In this document: positions 26,521 through 39,550 of the stretch, piece by piece | How positions within the stretch are numbered: the stretch's first letter is position 1 | Layout: the number at the start of each line of letters is the position of its first letter | Assembly (NCBI RefSeq): GCF_006345805.1 | Contig: NC_042998.1 | Coordinates: 38,502,001 to 38,566,000, forward strand | Length of the DNA: 64,000 nucleotides | Direction: 5' to 3' | From: Octopus sinensis | Lineage: Eukaryota | Translations under genes and position numbers: made by a program | The notes under the pieces: model-generated | Seen by the model: the letters and a program-made list of their open reading frames with translations, nothing else | Databases searched by the model: none | Told to the model about the DNA's origin: nothing

Positions 26521-28703
26521 AACACTCTATAAGACAGCGAAAGAAAGTATTATATACTTTCTTTCGCTGACTTGCACCTATCTCAGCACAGCTACCGCCC
26601 AGTGTGACGAAAAGGGATAAACTAACAAGGATCAGGCTGGAATCAACTGGAATCTTGACGTCATGTTAAGATCATGGCCTGTTTCACTGGAAACCTGCAA
26701 CTCCTTTACCATGATAATAATTTGTCATTCTGTTGTGTCTGGGGAGAGTAACCAGAAAGCATTGGTGCACTCGGTTATGTTAGTAAATGCCAAAGTAGAA
26801 ATCCTGTGAAACTGGGATTTACAAAGAAAGAAAGAAAAACCGGCTAACACGAACTTCACAGATACAATCTGTATGTTAAGGGTACATGTGTCCAGGGAGT
26901 GCTCAGCCATTTGCACGCTAATTTCAGGAGCTGGCTGTTTCGTTGATCAGATCCATTGGAACCCTCATCGCCGTAATCGTCGGAGTGTGCAAATAGTTTG
27001 AATCTATTTACTCCAAGAATTCTTCAGGAAAAAAATCGATGTCATGGGATTTGAACAACGGTTTTCGCTACGCAGCGTTGTCAAGATCCCAATAAATATA
27101 CACTTGACAACATCATAAACTTTCAGAACAGCCAAAGTAAGGAATAAGATACTTAGACTTCTGCAACTTAAGTAAACTCGAGAGTTACTCTGTTGGAAAA
27201 CAACAGTCACTACTGTCTAACACAATCAGTGCAATCCCAGCACACAACCATTCCTTAATTGCCGGCCACGGCCAGCATTTTCACTCTTCGTTTTCAACTA
27301 AAACATTAATAGAAATGGCAAACACATGCAGGATTTCACGAAACAACACAACCTAATATACATAGTGACACACATATATATATATGAAAATATTTGTGAT
27401 CGATAAAAGGCAGAGAAATATAATTGATTTGTAATTTCGCCACAATGCTGGGGTTGGCGACTGGATTACTTGTTAATATATAATGCGTACTTAGTCTCCT
27501 GAAGGTTGTCGGTGACAGATAAGTTTACCGAAGTATCAGCACAAGTCGTAAAGGCTTTTTGACCTTATATGATCATTCCAGCCCGATCCTTGACTCACTG
27601 ACAGGTTTGATATTGACATTTCTTGTGACGAGCACGGTGTTAAATAAGTTTTCATCGAGCTAGGCTGCTGATTTAGATCCCGGTTCCAGGCAATTTGTAT
27701 CACTTGTGTTGCTTAGATGTAGGAAAGATATCAGCATAGTACTCTCTCGGTATGTCGCGTAAATCTGCGTTGAGTTCAGGAAGTGAATCAATATTGTCTG
27801 AAAAGTAAATGAATTAGGTGTAGCTTCTATCTTGTATCGAGTTCTTATCCTCTATTACTTTATCTTGTAAGTACTACTTTTGATCAATACAGTCTCCACA
27901 CATACACTCATAGACACACACAAACATACACACAAATAGAACTACAAATACGGATATATATATATAAAAAAAAAGCTTTGCTTTAATGTAGGTTTTGAAT
28001 GCTACAAACGTTTAATTGCATTCACAATATATTCTTACCATTACTTAAGCGCAAAAGATTTATTGGAGTCATGATGTGGAAAATCTATCGCTAACAGTAT
28101 CTCACTGATGTTCATATCAACTTCAAACGACATCACAGGCAAGGTAATGGAATTATCTGTTTCCTTACAAAATTTCAATTGAAAAAGCTGTCTCTTACAA
28201 ATAATTTTACATCTATCTGAACAACTTCGTTCAGAATTATTGCAAAATGTATCAAACATAAAATCTAGTAAGAATTCCACACACATTCGAGATTTATTCT
28301 GATATATTTCCGATAAAGATTTCCAATAGTAAACCATGTAGTTTTGAACCAAAATGGAATCTAATTCAAGCATTTAATATCATGTGATCTAACAACATCC
28401 ATCCCCTAAAACATTATTATTTTCCTGATGATGAATGATAAATCAGATTCTATCCATTTACCTACAGAATCAACTGGATTTTGCACTATGCATTATAGTG
28501 TTATAAGAACAAACCCAGCCATCCTATACTTTAGCCTTAAACACATCATAAAAAAATATAGCACATGCTAATTTAGTTGGTTAGAAATTTCCATAGAAAG
28601 ATATACCTGGGCGTTCTCAAAATTAATGGGCACACACACACGCTTCTCTTTCTTTCTCCTCCTTCTCTCTCTCACCACACACACACACACATACATAAGT
28701 AAG

Positions 28704-28766
<63 letters not shown>

Positions 28767-29169
28767 GTGTCGTAAGTGAGGGATTATCAATCCGGGCAAA
28801 CTACCTTGTAAGTACACCAGGCCAACAGTATTGATTGGATTAACGAACTCCGCATATTCAGGCTATAGTTCGTGAGCAGTCTATATTGTAAATCCATGGT
28901 TGTGCTCTAGTTGTACCGGTTTTTAAGCACGCATACATAATGGTCGTTACATTTTTTCTTTATAATAGTAAATTTCACTTACAGCTGTTACCAGAAGTCA
29001 ACCTATCAATAATGAATCTATAATGACTACTGGAAATAGCTGTAAGTCAAACTTACTACAATAAAGAAAACTATGTAATGAACACTACTTATTCTTGTCT
29101 TGTGTGTGTGCATTGTATGTATGTGTGTGTGTGTGTGTCTGTGTGTGTGTGTGTGTGTACATGCATTGT

Positions 29170-29420
29170 ATATGCTAAGTAGTTTGCTGCCCAATTACAT
29201 GGTTCCGGGTTCTGTCCCACCTGAGTGACACCGAGGGTGAGTGTTTTACTATAGACCCCGACCAAAGCCTTTTGAATAGACTTGGTAGACGGAATCATTA
29301 TGTGTGTGTGTGTCTTTGTATTTGTGTCTTTCTCCACCACCTTTTGGTAACCCTTGTTGGTTTGTTGACGTCTCCGTAAATTAGCTGTTCAGCAAAAGAA
29401 ACCTATAGAAAAAGTAACAG
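29170..29420 (+). mobile_element. SINE family A, diverged
   Basis: catggttccgggttctgtccc...ccgaccaaagcc...ggtagacggaa. Confidence 0.7.
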
Positions 29421-31625
29421 ACTTTAATACATAATTACTCTATACTACTTTTGTATGCTTAAATAATATTTGGACTTCAATTTTTCACACGACAGACTGT
29501 AATATTAAAGCTACTGGCACAGAGAGATAAATTATACAAATAAATGTTAAGATGAAGTAAGTAGTAATTAGAATTGAAAACATTTCTAATTGTTGCGCGA
29601 CGAAGAAAGGGTTGTCTCCAGGTAACCCCTTAATCTAAAGAGAAATATATTCAGAGTAACACAGAAGTTTGAAACCAGCGTTTATGAGGTTTGGTTTCAT
29701 CTTACGTAATAATTCGCGAATGTTACAGATTATATGGCCAATGAAATGGGCAACGATTCACATTGAATTTGAAATCAGGGATGTAAAATTTGAAGGACAA
29801 AAGGGTAAAGAAGATCAAGCAGAGCTTAAGCTTAGAAAGTTATTGTACGTCTGTAAATTTGAGCAATTCACTCAGCTTGGTATTCAACTGATTGATTCTT
29901 TCCATTGCCATAATTTTACCATATCCACACGATGATATTCTAAACAGGCACATTCAGTGATGGCTCTTCTAAACCTACCACGCTGGTATGTGTATGTATT
30001 ATTTGATAAGAGCTAAAGACTGTGTTGTCTAAGAAATATAATTACTCTACAATATTCCACCAATCCTGAAGAATAAAAGTAATTCCATTAATATCGTTTG
30101 CAACAGTTTAAATAACAATAGCAGCAACAAGCCAAACATATATTCTGAATAAAATATTCCGACCTCGAAGGAAACAAAACACTTTCTAAAGTATATCTAA
30201 CAAGGCTAGAATTTCATTTATACAACTAGAAACAATCAATGAAGGTTCTCACCATTCCCCGCTGACTATGATTTAGCATCAGTATTATAAAGAGATCTAT
30301 TCTCTCTTTCTCTCTCCGGACATTCGCACTAACACACACACACACACCACACACACACACACAGGAATTTGTACGTAATTCATATATACATAGAGATACA
30401 CACGCACACACGTATTTATTCTGGTAATAAATCAGTGAAATGTAGGTATGTATGCGCGCGCCCACGCATCAGTGTAATTGATGCAAACATGGTTTTGTAG
30501 GTAAAAAAAACCTGCTTTACAATCCTGCAATTCCGAGTACGATTCCCGCAATCACAGATCTCTCCCGATAATCTAAAATTCATCACAAAAAACCTCCTTT
30601 ATTTGTTCTTTGATCAATTTCTACCAAATTCCTGTCGTATATTTTTCTTTTGATTTCTTTCTATAATCATGAAGTTTATTTATTGTTTTTTTTCTTCTCA
30701 TATATACTAAACGGCTTTTCTTTTAGACGTTGTATTGTACCGACGACTGTCTCACTTTTCTCCATTATAATCAAGGTTCCGCGTTTTCACACCAGTTCGT
30801 TGTAGTTTGTATGGTCCAATATTGTTCCTAAATCCATTATCAAAGCTTATTGGCCTTTATATCTATCTTCAGAATGAACAAAAGTCCTGTGTTTTACCCC
30901 CACCTTCAAATAGTAGAGTAAATGCGATTTGTATAATATTAGTCAGACGTTGATTTTAAGTCATTAACCGCACGGTCATTTCTGTTTCTAATAAATGTAT
31001 ATTTACTTTAGAACTGTGCTTTGCTAAGAGTGTAGCATGTGTTATTTATCGCTTATTTTTGTGGACAATTTTGAGATTAATGCTGTCTCATCTACAAATG
31101 TCTTCCTAGCTTGTTTTATGTTGTTTTTTTTTTTGCGGGGCTCATTTTGTTACTGTTTTCGGATTTTGTAGCACATTTCAGTGTTATGTGGCGACAGTTT
31201 ATTACAGAAAAGTACAATATACAGAAAGTAGTTGAGCAATCGAGAAATCAGTAAGAAGCATTCCTTAAAAGATGTACACTTGGCCCTCATAAACAGACAT
31301 TTCAAAACGAATCAGACACAGCAGACCCCAAACAAAATCAAAGCAAATCGTACAAGGAAAAAATTGTTTTAACTACAGAGGAAGATAGATTTCCTAATGT
31401 TTACCACCTCAGACTCAGCCCGGATCAAATGACGCCTTCCTGCCTTCACAGTTATAAGATATAAGACCAAAAGAATAAAGGATTGAAATAAACATACTCT
31501 ACAAAGCTGTAATAAATCACAGATTTTCACTGAAACAGATATCACGCTTCTTTAAAATTCACAAACCTCTTATAAAGTGTATTATATTAACAAAATATAT
31601 ACGAAGTGTAGAGTAGAGCATAGAG

Positions 31626-31902
31626 TAGTGGTTTTTAATCGGGGGCCATATGACCCTTGTGGGTGGGGGCACAGGACCGTTGTGGATCTATATAAAATTT
31701 TGTTGTTAAAATCTATGCGCAATAAATTACATATACTGCTACCACACACAATATATTTTAATTTTTTTTAATACAATTCCTATTAGTATTTAATCATAAA
31801 AAATATGATAGGATTTTTTAAACATCGTATGGTTGTGAAGGTCCATCCGAGTAAAACGGGAATCAAAAGGGCCCATAGGTGAAAAATGGTTGACAACCAG
31901 TG
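31626..31902. mobile_element. hAT/Charlie-like MITE, degenerate
   Basis: Ends tagtggtttttaatc / ggttgacaaccagtg resemble CAGTGGTTCTCAACC TIRs; 8-bp TSD only half conserved. Confidence 0.45.
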
Positions 31903-32029
31903 GACTTGACGAAAGTGTCGAAAACCCTCGTAAAACAACATGAACAGCCTTAGATTAAATAATAAAATGAATATATATTGAAAACACTAAAATTGAAAGC
32001 CTTCTTAACAATACCCCACGGACATATAA

Positions 32030-32250
32030 ACCTTTTCCTAAAAGTCGACAGGCTCATGAACCCAAACGCCATATTGGTTTCCAATTTTAGCACAACGCTA
32101 GCAATTTTACGTCGACTCCCAGTACCGAAATGCTCCTTATTTTATCAACTCAGAAAGGATGAATGGCAAAGTCAGAACGTAAAGGCGGACGAAACGCCGC
32201 TAAACATTTTGCCAGATTCGGTAACGATTCTGCTAGTTGGTGCGCTAAGT
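32030..32250 (-). mobile_element. SINE family B, diverged
   Basis: gaaaggatgaatggcaaagtcagaacgtaaaggcggacgaaac. Confidence 0.65.
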
Positions 32251-32790
32251 GTGCGCCATTTTCCAGTCTAAACACTTACAATCAGAGAGACTGCAATATA
32301 TCATACAAAAAACAGGAGGCGGAGCAGGTAAACATTAGCAAAAACATTTATATTCCACATAATTCCCCACTAAAATAGACCCTTAGTTGTAGAAGCAATA
32401 GGTATTCCTGCTCGACGAGAGCAAACAAACAAGTATAAACACATACGAAGTAAAAAATTAAGACATTCGAAGTTTATAAGAAGCTCTTAGATATAAACAC
32501 CAGATGATGCCAACACTTAAGAACATATGCTCCAGAAGTAACGTCGGCACCAATAATTGCTCAGCCGACTATAAAAAGGCAGCAACACACGCTAACATCA
32601 CTTCATTCTGAAGATGTAGCAATAAAAGGTCTCGAAACCTTGATGAAGATTTTGTTGCTTCAAGCAAACCACAAGGAAAGGATAGAAGAGTACGGAAAAA
32701 CAACCTGATGAAAGAGATAAAAACACTGTTGCGCGGGCACACACAGACACACACATACACACACACACACACACACATCATATATATATG

Positions 32791-32832
<42 letters not shown>

Positions 32833-33012
32833 TGTATAGTATATATATATATACTTTATGATATATAGTATATATATATATATATATACTGTATAGTATA
32901 TATAGATACTATACATCATATATATTATATTATATATAATGGCTGGTTCCTCTTTCTCGAGTATACCCATTGTTTAAAGCATTTGACAATCGAAATATAT
33001 ACATACATGCAT

Positions 33013-33060
<48 letters not shown>

Positions 33061-33089
33061 GTGTGTGTGTGTGTATATATATATATATG

Positions 33090-33137
<48 letters not shown>

Positions 33138-33142
<5 letters not shown>

Positions 33143-33830
33143 CTTTCGAGGACGGCGAGAAAGTGCAGACGACTGGCTAGATGGATCCTGAAAACATTCA
33201 GAACCAGAGATAAGGAAACCATGATGGTCCTCTGGAGGATATTCGTCCTAGGAGGCCTGGATTACTGCTCCCAGCTATGGTCAACCAACAGTGTAAAATT
33301 AACAACGGTCCTTGAAGCAATCCACCGAAGCTTCACAAAGAAGATCGTCTCTGCAACAGCTCAGCTACTGGGAAAGGCTGAAACGGCTAAGACACTTCTT
33401 CCGGGTGCGAAAGCGGGAGAGGTATGCAGTAATATACATCTGGAAGGTCGTGGAAGGAATTGTGCCAAATTTTGGCATTGAAAGCTACACCAATTCTAGA
33501 ACGGGTCAACACTGCACAGTGCCAAATATCTCAGCAATGCCATCGCGCCTCATGACCAGTTACTGCAACAGCCTGGATTTCAAGGGCCGCAGCTTTTTGA
33601 TTTTTTTGCAAAGAGCCTAGGTGACCTACACAAAGTGGATGTCAGTGTTTTCAAATCAAAACTGGACCTCTTCCTGTCGAGACTCCCAGATGAACCTACC
33701 TCACAGCAGGAGGTGCAAATGAGGGTAGCGGCATCAAACACACTAATTCACCAAATACCACATATTAGAGGAGGGCCTCAATAATAAGTGTAGCAAAACG
33801 GTGGTGCCCCAGCATGGCCGCAGCTCTGTT
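33138..33830 (+). mobile_element. 3' fragment of the same LINE family, inside the GPCR intron and antisense to it
   Basis: [18 protein letters not shown]...LDYCSQLWS and VPNFGIESYTN; closely matches 13700-14340 including the 3' tail. Confidence 0.9.
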
Positions 33831-34188
33831 ATGAAGCTTTATATATATATATATTTCACTAAAAACTATGCCCAACTACAGATCTGTGGCATTGTGCCAA
33901 TGTTTGCAACACAAATTCTATTCGCACTTCGGAAGTTCCATGCATGATTCTTTTGTATAATATTTTGTTGTATTTGCATTGCTGCAATGGTGATTTCTGA
34001 TGGATTCGGTTCTGATGATCGTGCAAGATTTGTAGATTTATGGAAAATCGATTCCAGTAGTATTTCAGGACAGAATGTAATAACATGAAGTAGTATAATA
34101 TTGTATATTTTTCTGACCATATATCCTTTTCCCTCAGCGAAATAATGCAATATATAGTGACAAATGAAGTGTATGTGTGTGTGAATGG

Positions 34189-34235
<47 letters not shown>

Positions 34236-34296
34236 CTAAAAATGATCGAACACCACGCATCCATTTCAAAGTTTTATCTATTTATCTATATATATA

Positions 34297-34364
<68 letters not shown>

Positions 34365-35516
34365 GTGTGTGTGTGTGAGTCTTTCTTTCTTTCCCATGCA
34401 CATACATACAGACCCATGCATATACATATATATATATATGTATATGTGTGTGTGTGTATATATATTTACATATGCATATATACATGCATGTATGTATGTT
34501 TACGTATTTGTGCTTATAAGTGAGTATGTCTATATATGTGCATGTGTATGTAATAAATATCCCTTATGTATACAAAGAATATCAGTTTACCGGGTCGCTA
34601 TTAGTGGTCTGGTCTTGAGAGAATCCATGAACATTTTATAATATATGTTTGTGTATCGTGTAAATTTTAAGCGTTGTGTCTCTGCATCTATGAAACGTAT
34701 TACATTATCGAATGCGAAAAGTAACGAGAAACGATAGGGGGATAGATTTCTATGCTTAACCGTCTGGCAACATCCTAAGTTCAATGTACTGTGGTATCAG
34801 TTTCGCTCACCATCAGCTTTATATTGATTAAATAATTTACCTTCGTGTAGTGCGGTAGAGAATCATTAGCAATAAACCTCCTACAGTGTAACAATTAAAA
34901 CAAAATTCAAGGAAGAAATCAATATTGACATATCAGCGAATTCTTCGATATAGTTTTGAAAATACGTCAATTTAAGTGTGTTGCACTGACAAATATTCAG
35001 AAAGCCAAGCGAGATAAGAAAATTACGTCAGAAACAAACTCAACGCCATATATAATCTTAACCTTTATTGCTGAAATATCACCATCGACTATGTTAAGCA
35101 TGAAATGCTTCTTTTTTTTACCTTTTTAGACGCAGCGGAGAGAAAGTTAATGCTACATTCTGTGTGCAAAAATTGAAAGTTAATACATTCCTTCCAAGTC
35201 CTCCTGTCTTCTATAATCCTATCTAACTGCTTTCAGTCCTTTTAATCCTTTTCTTGAACGTTGCTGAATTACCTGTTGGCCTTGCTGGTTTCCAGGAAAC
35301 TAATGCAATCAATTTATAACATCATTAGCATCACTATATCTGACTTTCACCAGAAAAAAAGAAAAAAAGGAATTTTGATCCACAGAACTTCCTTTACTGG
35401 AGAATAATTACGTTTCTTGTGATTTTTTTTTTATCAAAAATATGCCCACTACGCAACTTGGAAGACCGTGGTTGTTTATAACAACAATGACATGTCTTGT
35501 GTCGCTTGTTTACCGC

Positions 35517-35560
<44 letters not shown>

Positions 35561-35639
35561 TCATCCGCATAGCATTTCATAATTCGAACATTTAATCATA
35601 GAATATACATATAAACATCCCGCAAGATGGAACATAATT

Positions 35640-36230
35640 CATCGTGATACCCACCACGAAGAAATTATCAAGCTAAGTAACAATCTATTAAGCAACAATT
35701 ACCCCAAAAACATACTATCCACTGCAATTAGGAAGAGGAGAGAGAGGATGAAGCCCCATAAACTGACCAGTCTGTCTACCCTATGTGAAAGGCCTTTTGG
35801 AAAAGATATAACAGATATGCGGTCCATTTGACACCAAGACAGTGTTCAAGAGTAATACAACACTTCGCAAATATCTCTTTCGAGTAAAACCACCAATAGA
35901 AGAGAATATGACCAAAGACTGCGTGTACTCCATCTCATGCAGCTATGGTAGGTTATACAAAGGCGAAACATCCCACCCCCTCAGAATAAGGGTAGAGGAA
36001 CATTGTAAAGCTGTGACATGAGGGAATATTGAAAAATCGAGTATAGGTGAACATGTACGGAAAAACGGAGACCCGCCCCCATGGGATGAAGTTAAAATAA
36101 TAGACAGAACACCACTGGAAAATACTAAAACTAAAAGAAGCAGCGCATATGCCAGGACACAACAACCTCCCAAGCAGACCGAGTGCAGATACGAGTAGAA
36201 TATGGGAACCGCTATTAAGAAAAGATACAA
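35640..36230 (+). mobile_element. Penelope-like element fragment (RT thumb and GIY-YIG endonuclease)
   Basis: NNYPKNI, LPYVKGL, KPPIEENMTKDCVYSISCSYGRLYKGETSHPLRIRVEEH...SSIGEHV, with in-frame stops. Confidence 0.85.
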
Positions 36231-36237
36231 AATTCAC

Positions 36238-36510
36238 TCTGGGCATGTAGTGTAGTGGTTAAGAGCGCGGGCTACTAACCCTAATATTCCGGATTCAATC
36301 CCAATCAGTGACTTGAATAAATAATAATAATAACATCAGCAAAAGATACCTAAAATACCTTAGGAATGAGAAAAGAGTACCCCAGTAGTTAAATAAAGGG
36401 TTGGGTTCGAAATTCTACCCGAACACCTGATGTAGGCTGGAGAGTACACCAACTGAAATGTTGTGATAACAACAAACAAGGTGAGGGCACCTATCCGTCC
36501 AATGTAAGTA
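36238..36510 (+). mobile_element. tRNA-headed SINE-like element
   Basis: gggcatgtagtgtagtggttaagagcgcgggctactaacc...ggattcaatccc (A- and B-box-like), but no 3' acceptor arm, so not a tRNA gene. Confidence 0.6.
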
Positions 36511-36934
36511 TTGTATACACACTCACACACACACACACAGTTACTGAGGAAAGCAATAAGCATGCTTTCCACAATATATATGCAACCATTTTTAAAGCTT
36601 GGGGAAAGCTATGATATCGCACGAGCCCTCGGCTTCTCATAACAGCAACAGTTGTAAGCTGATGAAAGTGATTAGGTAATTTTCGTTCCTTTGTCATTTG
36701 TTATTTGATATATATGAGTCTGCCATTGTGTGTGTGTGCTTGCTTGCTTACTTGAATAGATCTTGAACACTATGTCAAAATGTACGATTTAATACGTTTT
36801 ACGTTAATTAAGTCAGTGAATTGGTTTTACTGCAACTTTCCTAAAGTTAAATACCTGTCAGTATAAGTACTTATGACTGCAAAATAAGGATACAAACATC
36901 AAATATAAATGCAAGAAACAAATAGACATCTTAC

Positions 36935-37144
36935 CCGAAAACTTTCATTTGTGAATCCATATATAATCGGATTGGCGAAGCTGTTTGACATCGCAAGCCA
37001 GTGAACTCCCAAATATATGCTAGTCAATGTTTGGTTAGACATATTAGCCAGTGCTGGTTGGAAGTCAAGAACTAAGAAAAACACGTGTAATGGAAGCCAG
37101 CACAAAACAAATATGGTTACCACTATGACTAACGTCTTAATAAC
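36935..37144 (-). CDS. Internal coding exon (TM6-ECL3-TM7-NPxxY) of a rhodopsin-like class A neuropeptide-type GPCR (tachykinin/leucokinin/luqin-receptor-like)
   Basis: 210 nt = 70 aa VIKTLVIVVTIFVLCWLPLHVFF...SIYLGVHWLAMSNSFANPIIYGFTNESFR, with CWxP (TM6) and NPxxY (TM7) motifs. Polypyrimidine acceptor tttctttttcag before 37144 and donor gtaaga after 36935; phase 0/0. Confidence 0.93.
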
Positions 37145-37406
37145 CTGAAAAAGAAAGAAGAAATGCTTCAACGAACATGAAATTGCATGTGTGTGTGTGT
37201 TGTATATATATATATATATATTATATAATAATAAATATTAGGGAATAAATCCAAATTTACAGGGAAAAAAATCAGATTTAGGATTAAATCCAATTTTATA
37301 GTAAAATATTATAAAATATTATTAGAGACAAACCACTATTTTGCAAAACAAACAAGGAAAGACTTAATCAATACATAAAATTTTAATAAATAGTCAAAAA
37401 AAACCG

Positions 37407-37451
37407 CCACTACAATTGTTTTTCTTGTCTTGATCGACAATCTTCAGGTGG
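37407..37451 (-). ncRNA. Minimal type I hammerhead ribozyme fold with two extra A in the GAAA element
   Basis: Minus strand: CCAC-CUGAAGA-UUGUC-gaucaa-GACAA-GAAAAAC-AAUU-GUA-GUGG. Stems I and II perfect, palindromic AAUU loop, GUA triplet. Confidence 0.65.
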
Positions 37452-39075
37452 ACTTCCAATCTAAAATATCAATATTTTAAAATATAAAATAATAATTTTA
37501 AAATAATTAAAGTATGAATGAAAAAATATAAATATATAATCCATATATAACCTATCTATAATCCATATATAATCAATATATAAACAAATATAAACTAAAA
37601 TAAACCTATCAACAATTAAATATAAAATATAAAATATAAAACAAAACAAAAAAATATAATAATAATATAAAATAATAAACTATAATACACCCATACACAT
37701 ATACCTAATTATATATAACCATATCTAACTACATACACTAAATCACACACCCCTATATATATATCCCTATACATACACATAAAAACGTCTAGGCAACTAT
37801 AAATAATAAAATAGCTAAACTTCAACACAATACTTATTCATACTCCCCCACACACACACATACAACCCACATTCACGCTCTAGAAAATGGACATCACTTA
37901 AAATTATGAACGGAGAAATAGAATAAATGGAATTAAAAATTATATTCACTTGGTAAAACGAACACTACTTAAAAATTATGAATGAAACAATGCAATAAAA
38001 CAACAGACATCGCAAATAGACACAAATTACTACGAATTCCTTAACAAACCTACCATGATAACCAAAACTCATAAAAACATATAATGATAAAATCTCCCTT
38101 TACTAAACTCTATAACATACCTATATAGCAATCCCCCTAACCTAAACATTCACACACAAATACACACACGTAAACCACACACCCACGACTATACAAATAC
38201 CCACACCACTTACACATACCTATACATACATATAAACCTCAACATATACTCCAAAAACCCACTCAACCCCACACAGACAAATAAACACAAAAATTATGAA
38301 TGGATTCTTTTATAAAACTACCATGATAAGCTAAAACTCACAAAACATAAATGATAAAACCTCCCTTTACTAAACACTATAACATACTTATATAGCAATC
38401 CCTTTAACCTATACATCACACACAAATACACACACGTAAACCACACACCCATAACAAATACAAACACCCACCCCACTCACACACACCCACAAGTACATAT
38501 AAGCCTCAACATATACCCAAACAAATTACTTTACCAAGGAACTTAACATATGTATAAAAAGTATAACCGCTCTGGAAACGAACATCTTTTAATAATGAAT
38601 GGAGAAATGGAATAAATGGAATTAAAAAATATATCACGTGGCAAAACGAACACCACTCAAAATTATGATGAAACAATGTAATAAAACAACCAACAACGAA
38701 AATAGACATATTACCACGAATTCCCTAAAAAAAACCATGATAAACCAAAACTCTTAAAAACATATAACGATAAAATCTCCTTTGCTAAACTCTATAAACA
38801 ACCTATATAGCAATCCCCTAACCTAAACATTCACACACAAAAAACACACACGTAAACCCAGACCCACGACTTATACACATACCTATACTAACTTATAACC
38901 TCAATAACACCAAAAACCCACTCCCCCTCCCAACACAGACAAATTACACATACATCTCAAAACCTAAATAAACAAACCTATACACATTCACACACAAAAA
39001 ACACACACACAGACACAACACACAACAAACAGATACATTACTTCCCTCACATATACGCATATACATACTCACTAA
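37452..39075. repeat. Strand-asymmetric (C/A-rich, G-poor) compound tandem repeat
   Basis: Motif (c/t)tatatagcaatccc at 38121, 38388 and 38803; module aatggaattaaaaa at 37926 and 38615. Confidence 0.8.
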
Positions 39076-39239
39076 ACTCGATATATCACAATATCCGTGC
39101 GGATGGGTGAGAGTATACATTGAGTGTAGTGATGGGGCTCCCATTACTATACACATTTGTACCTGTGTGGTAGTCTCCATGTGTATATTCACGCACGTTG
39201 AAAAATTATCAAAATATATATATAATGTATATATATAGA

Positions 39240-39550
39240 GAGAGAGATACATGGGTGGATGGATAGATAAATCGATAGATAGATACATGGACAGACAGAT
39301 TGATAGATAGATAGATACATGAACAGATAGATAGATAGATAGATAGATAGATTGATAGATAAGATAGATAGATAGATTGATAGATAAGATAGATAGATAG
39401 ATTGATAGATAAGATAGACAGGTAGACAAACAAATAGATAAGATAGACAGGTAGACAAACAAATAGATAAGATAGACAGGTAGACAAACAAACAGATAGA
39501 TAGATAGATAGGTAGACAAATAGATTACTAGTTAGATAGATAGATATGAA
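39240..39550. repeat. (GATA)n / gacaggtagacaaacaaatagataagata compound satellite
   Basis: Directly visible. Confidence 0.95.

Noticed and set aside
32569-32710. Possible alternative GPCR terminal exon (acceptor tttcatcag)
   Set aside because: Open frame is phase 2 and incompatible with the phase-0 donor at 36935; the phase-0 frame stops after 14 codons.
36238-36310. tRNA gene
   Set aside because: Has A- and B-box-like motifs but lacks a complementary acceptor stem; treated as a SINE head.
37452-39075. Mitochondrial control-region NUMT
   Set aside because: No flanking mitochondrial tRNA, rRNA or CDS recognisable; linkage to a hammerhead block favours a PLE origin. A BLAST against mtDNA would settle it.
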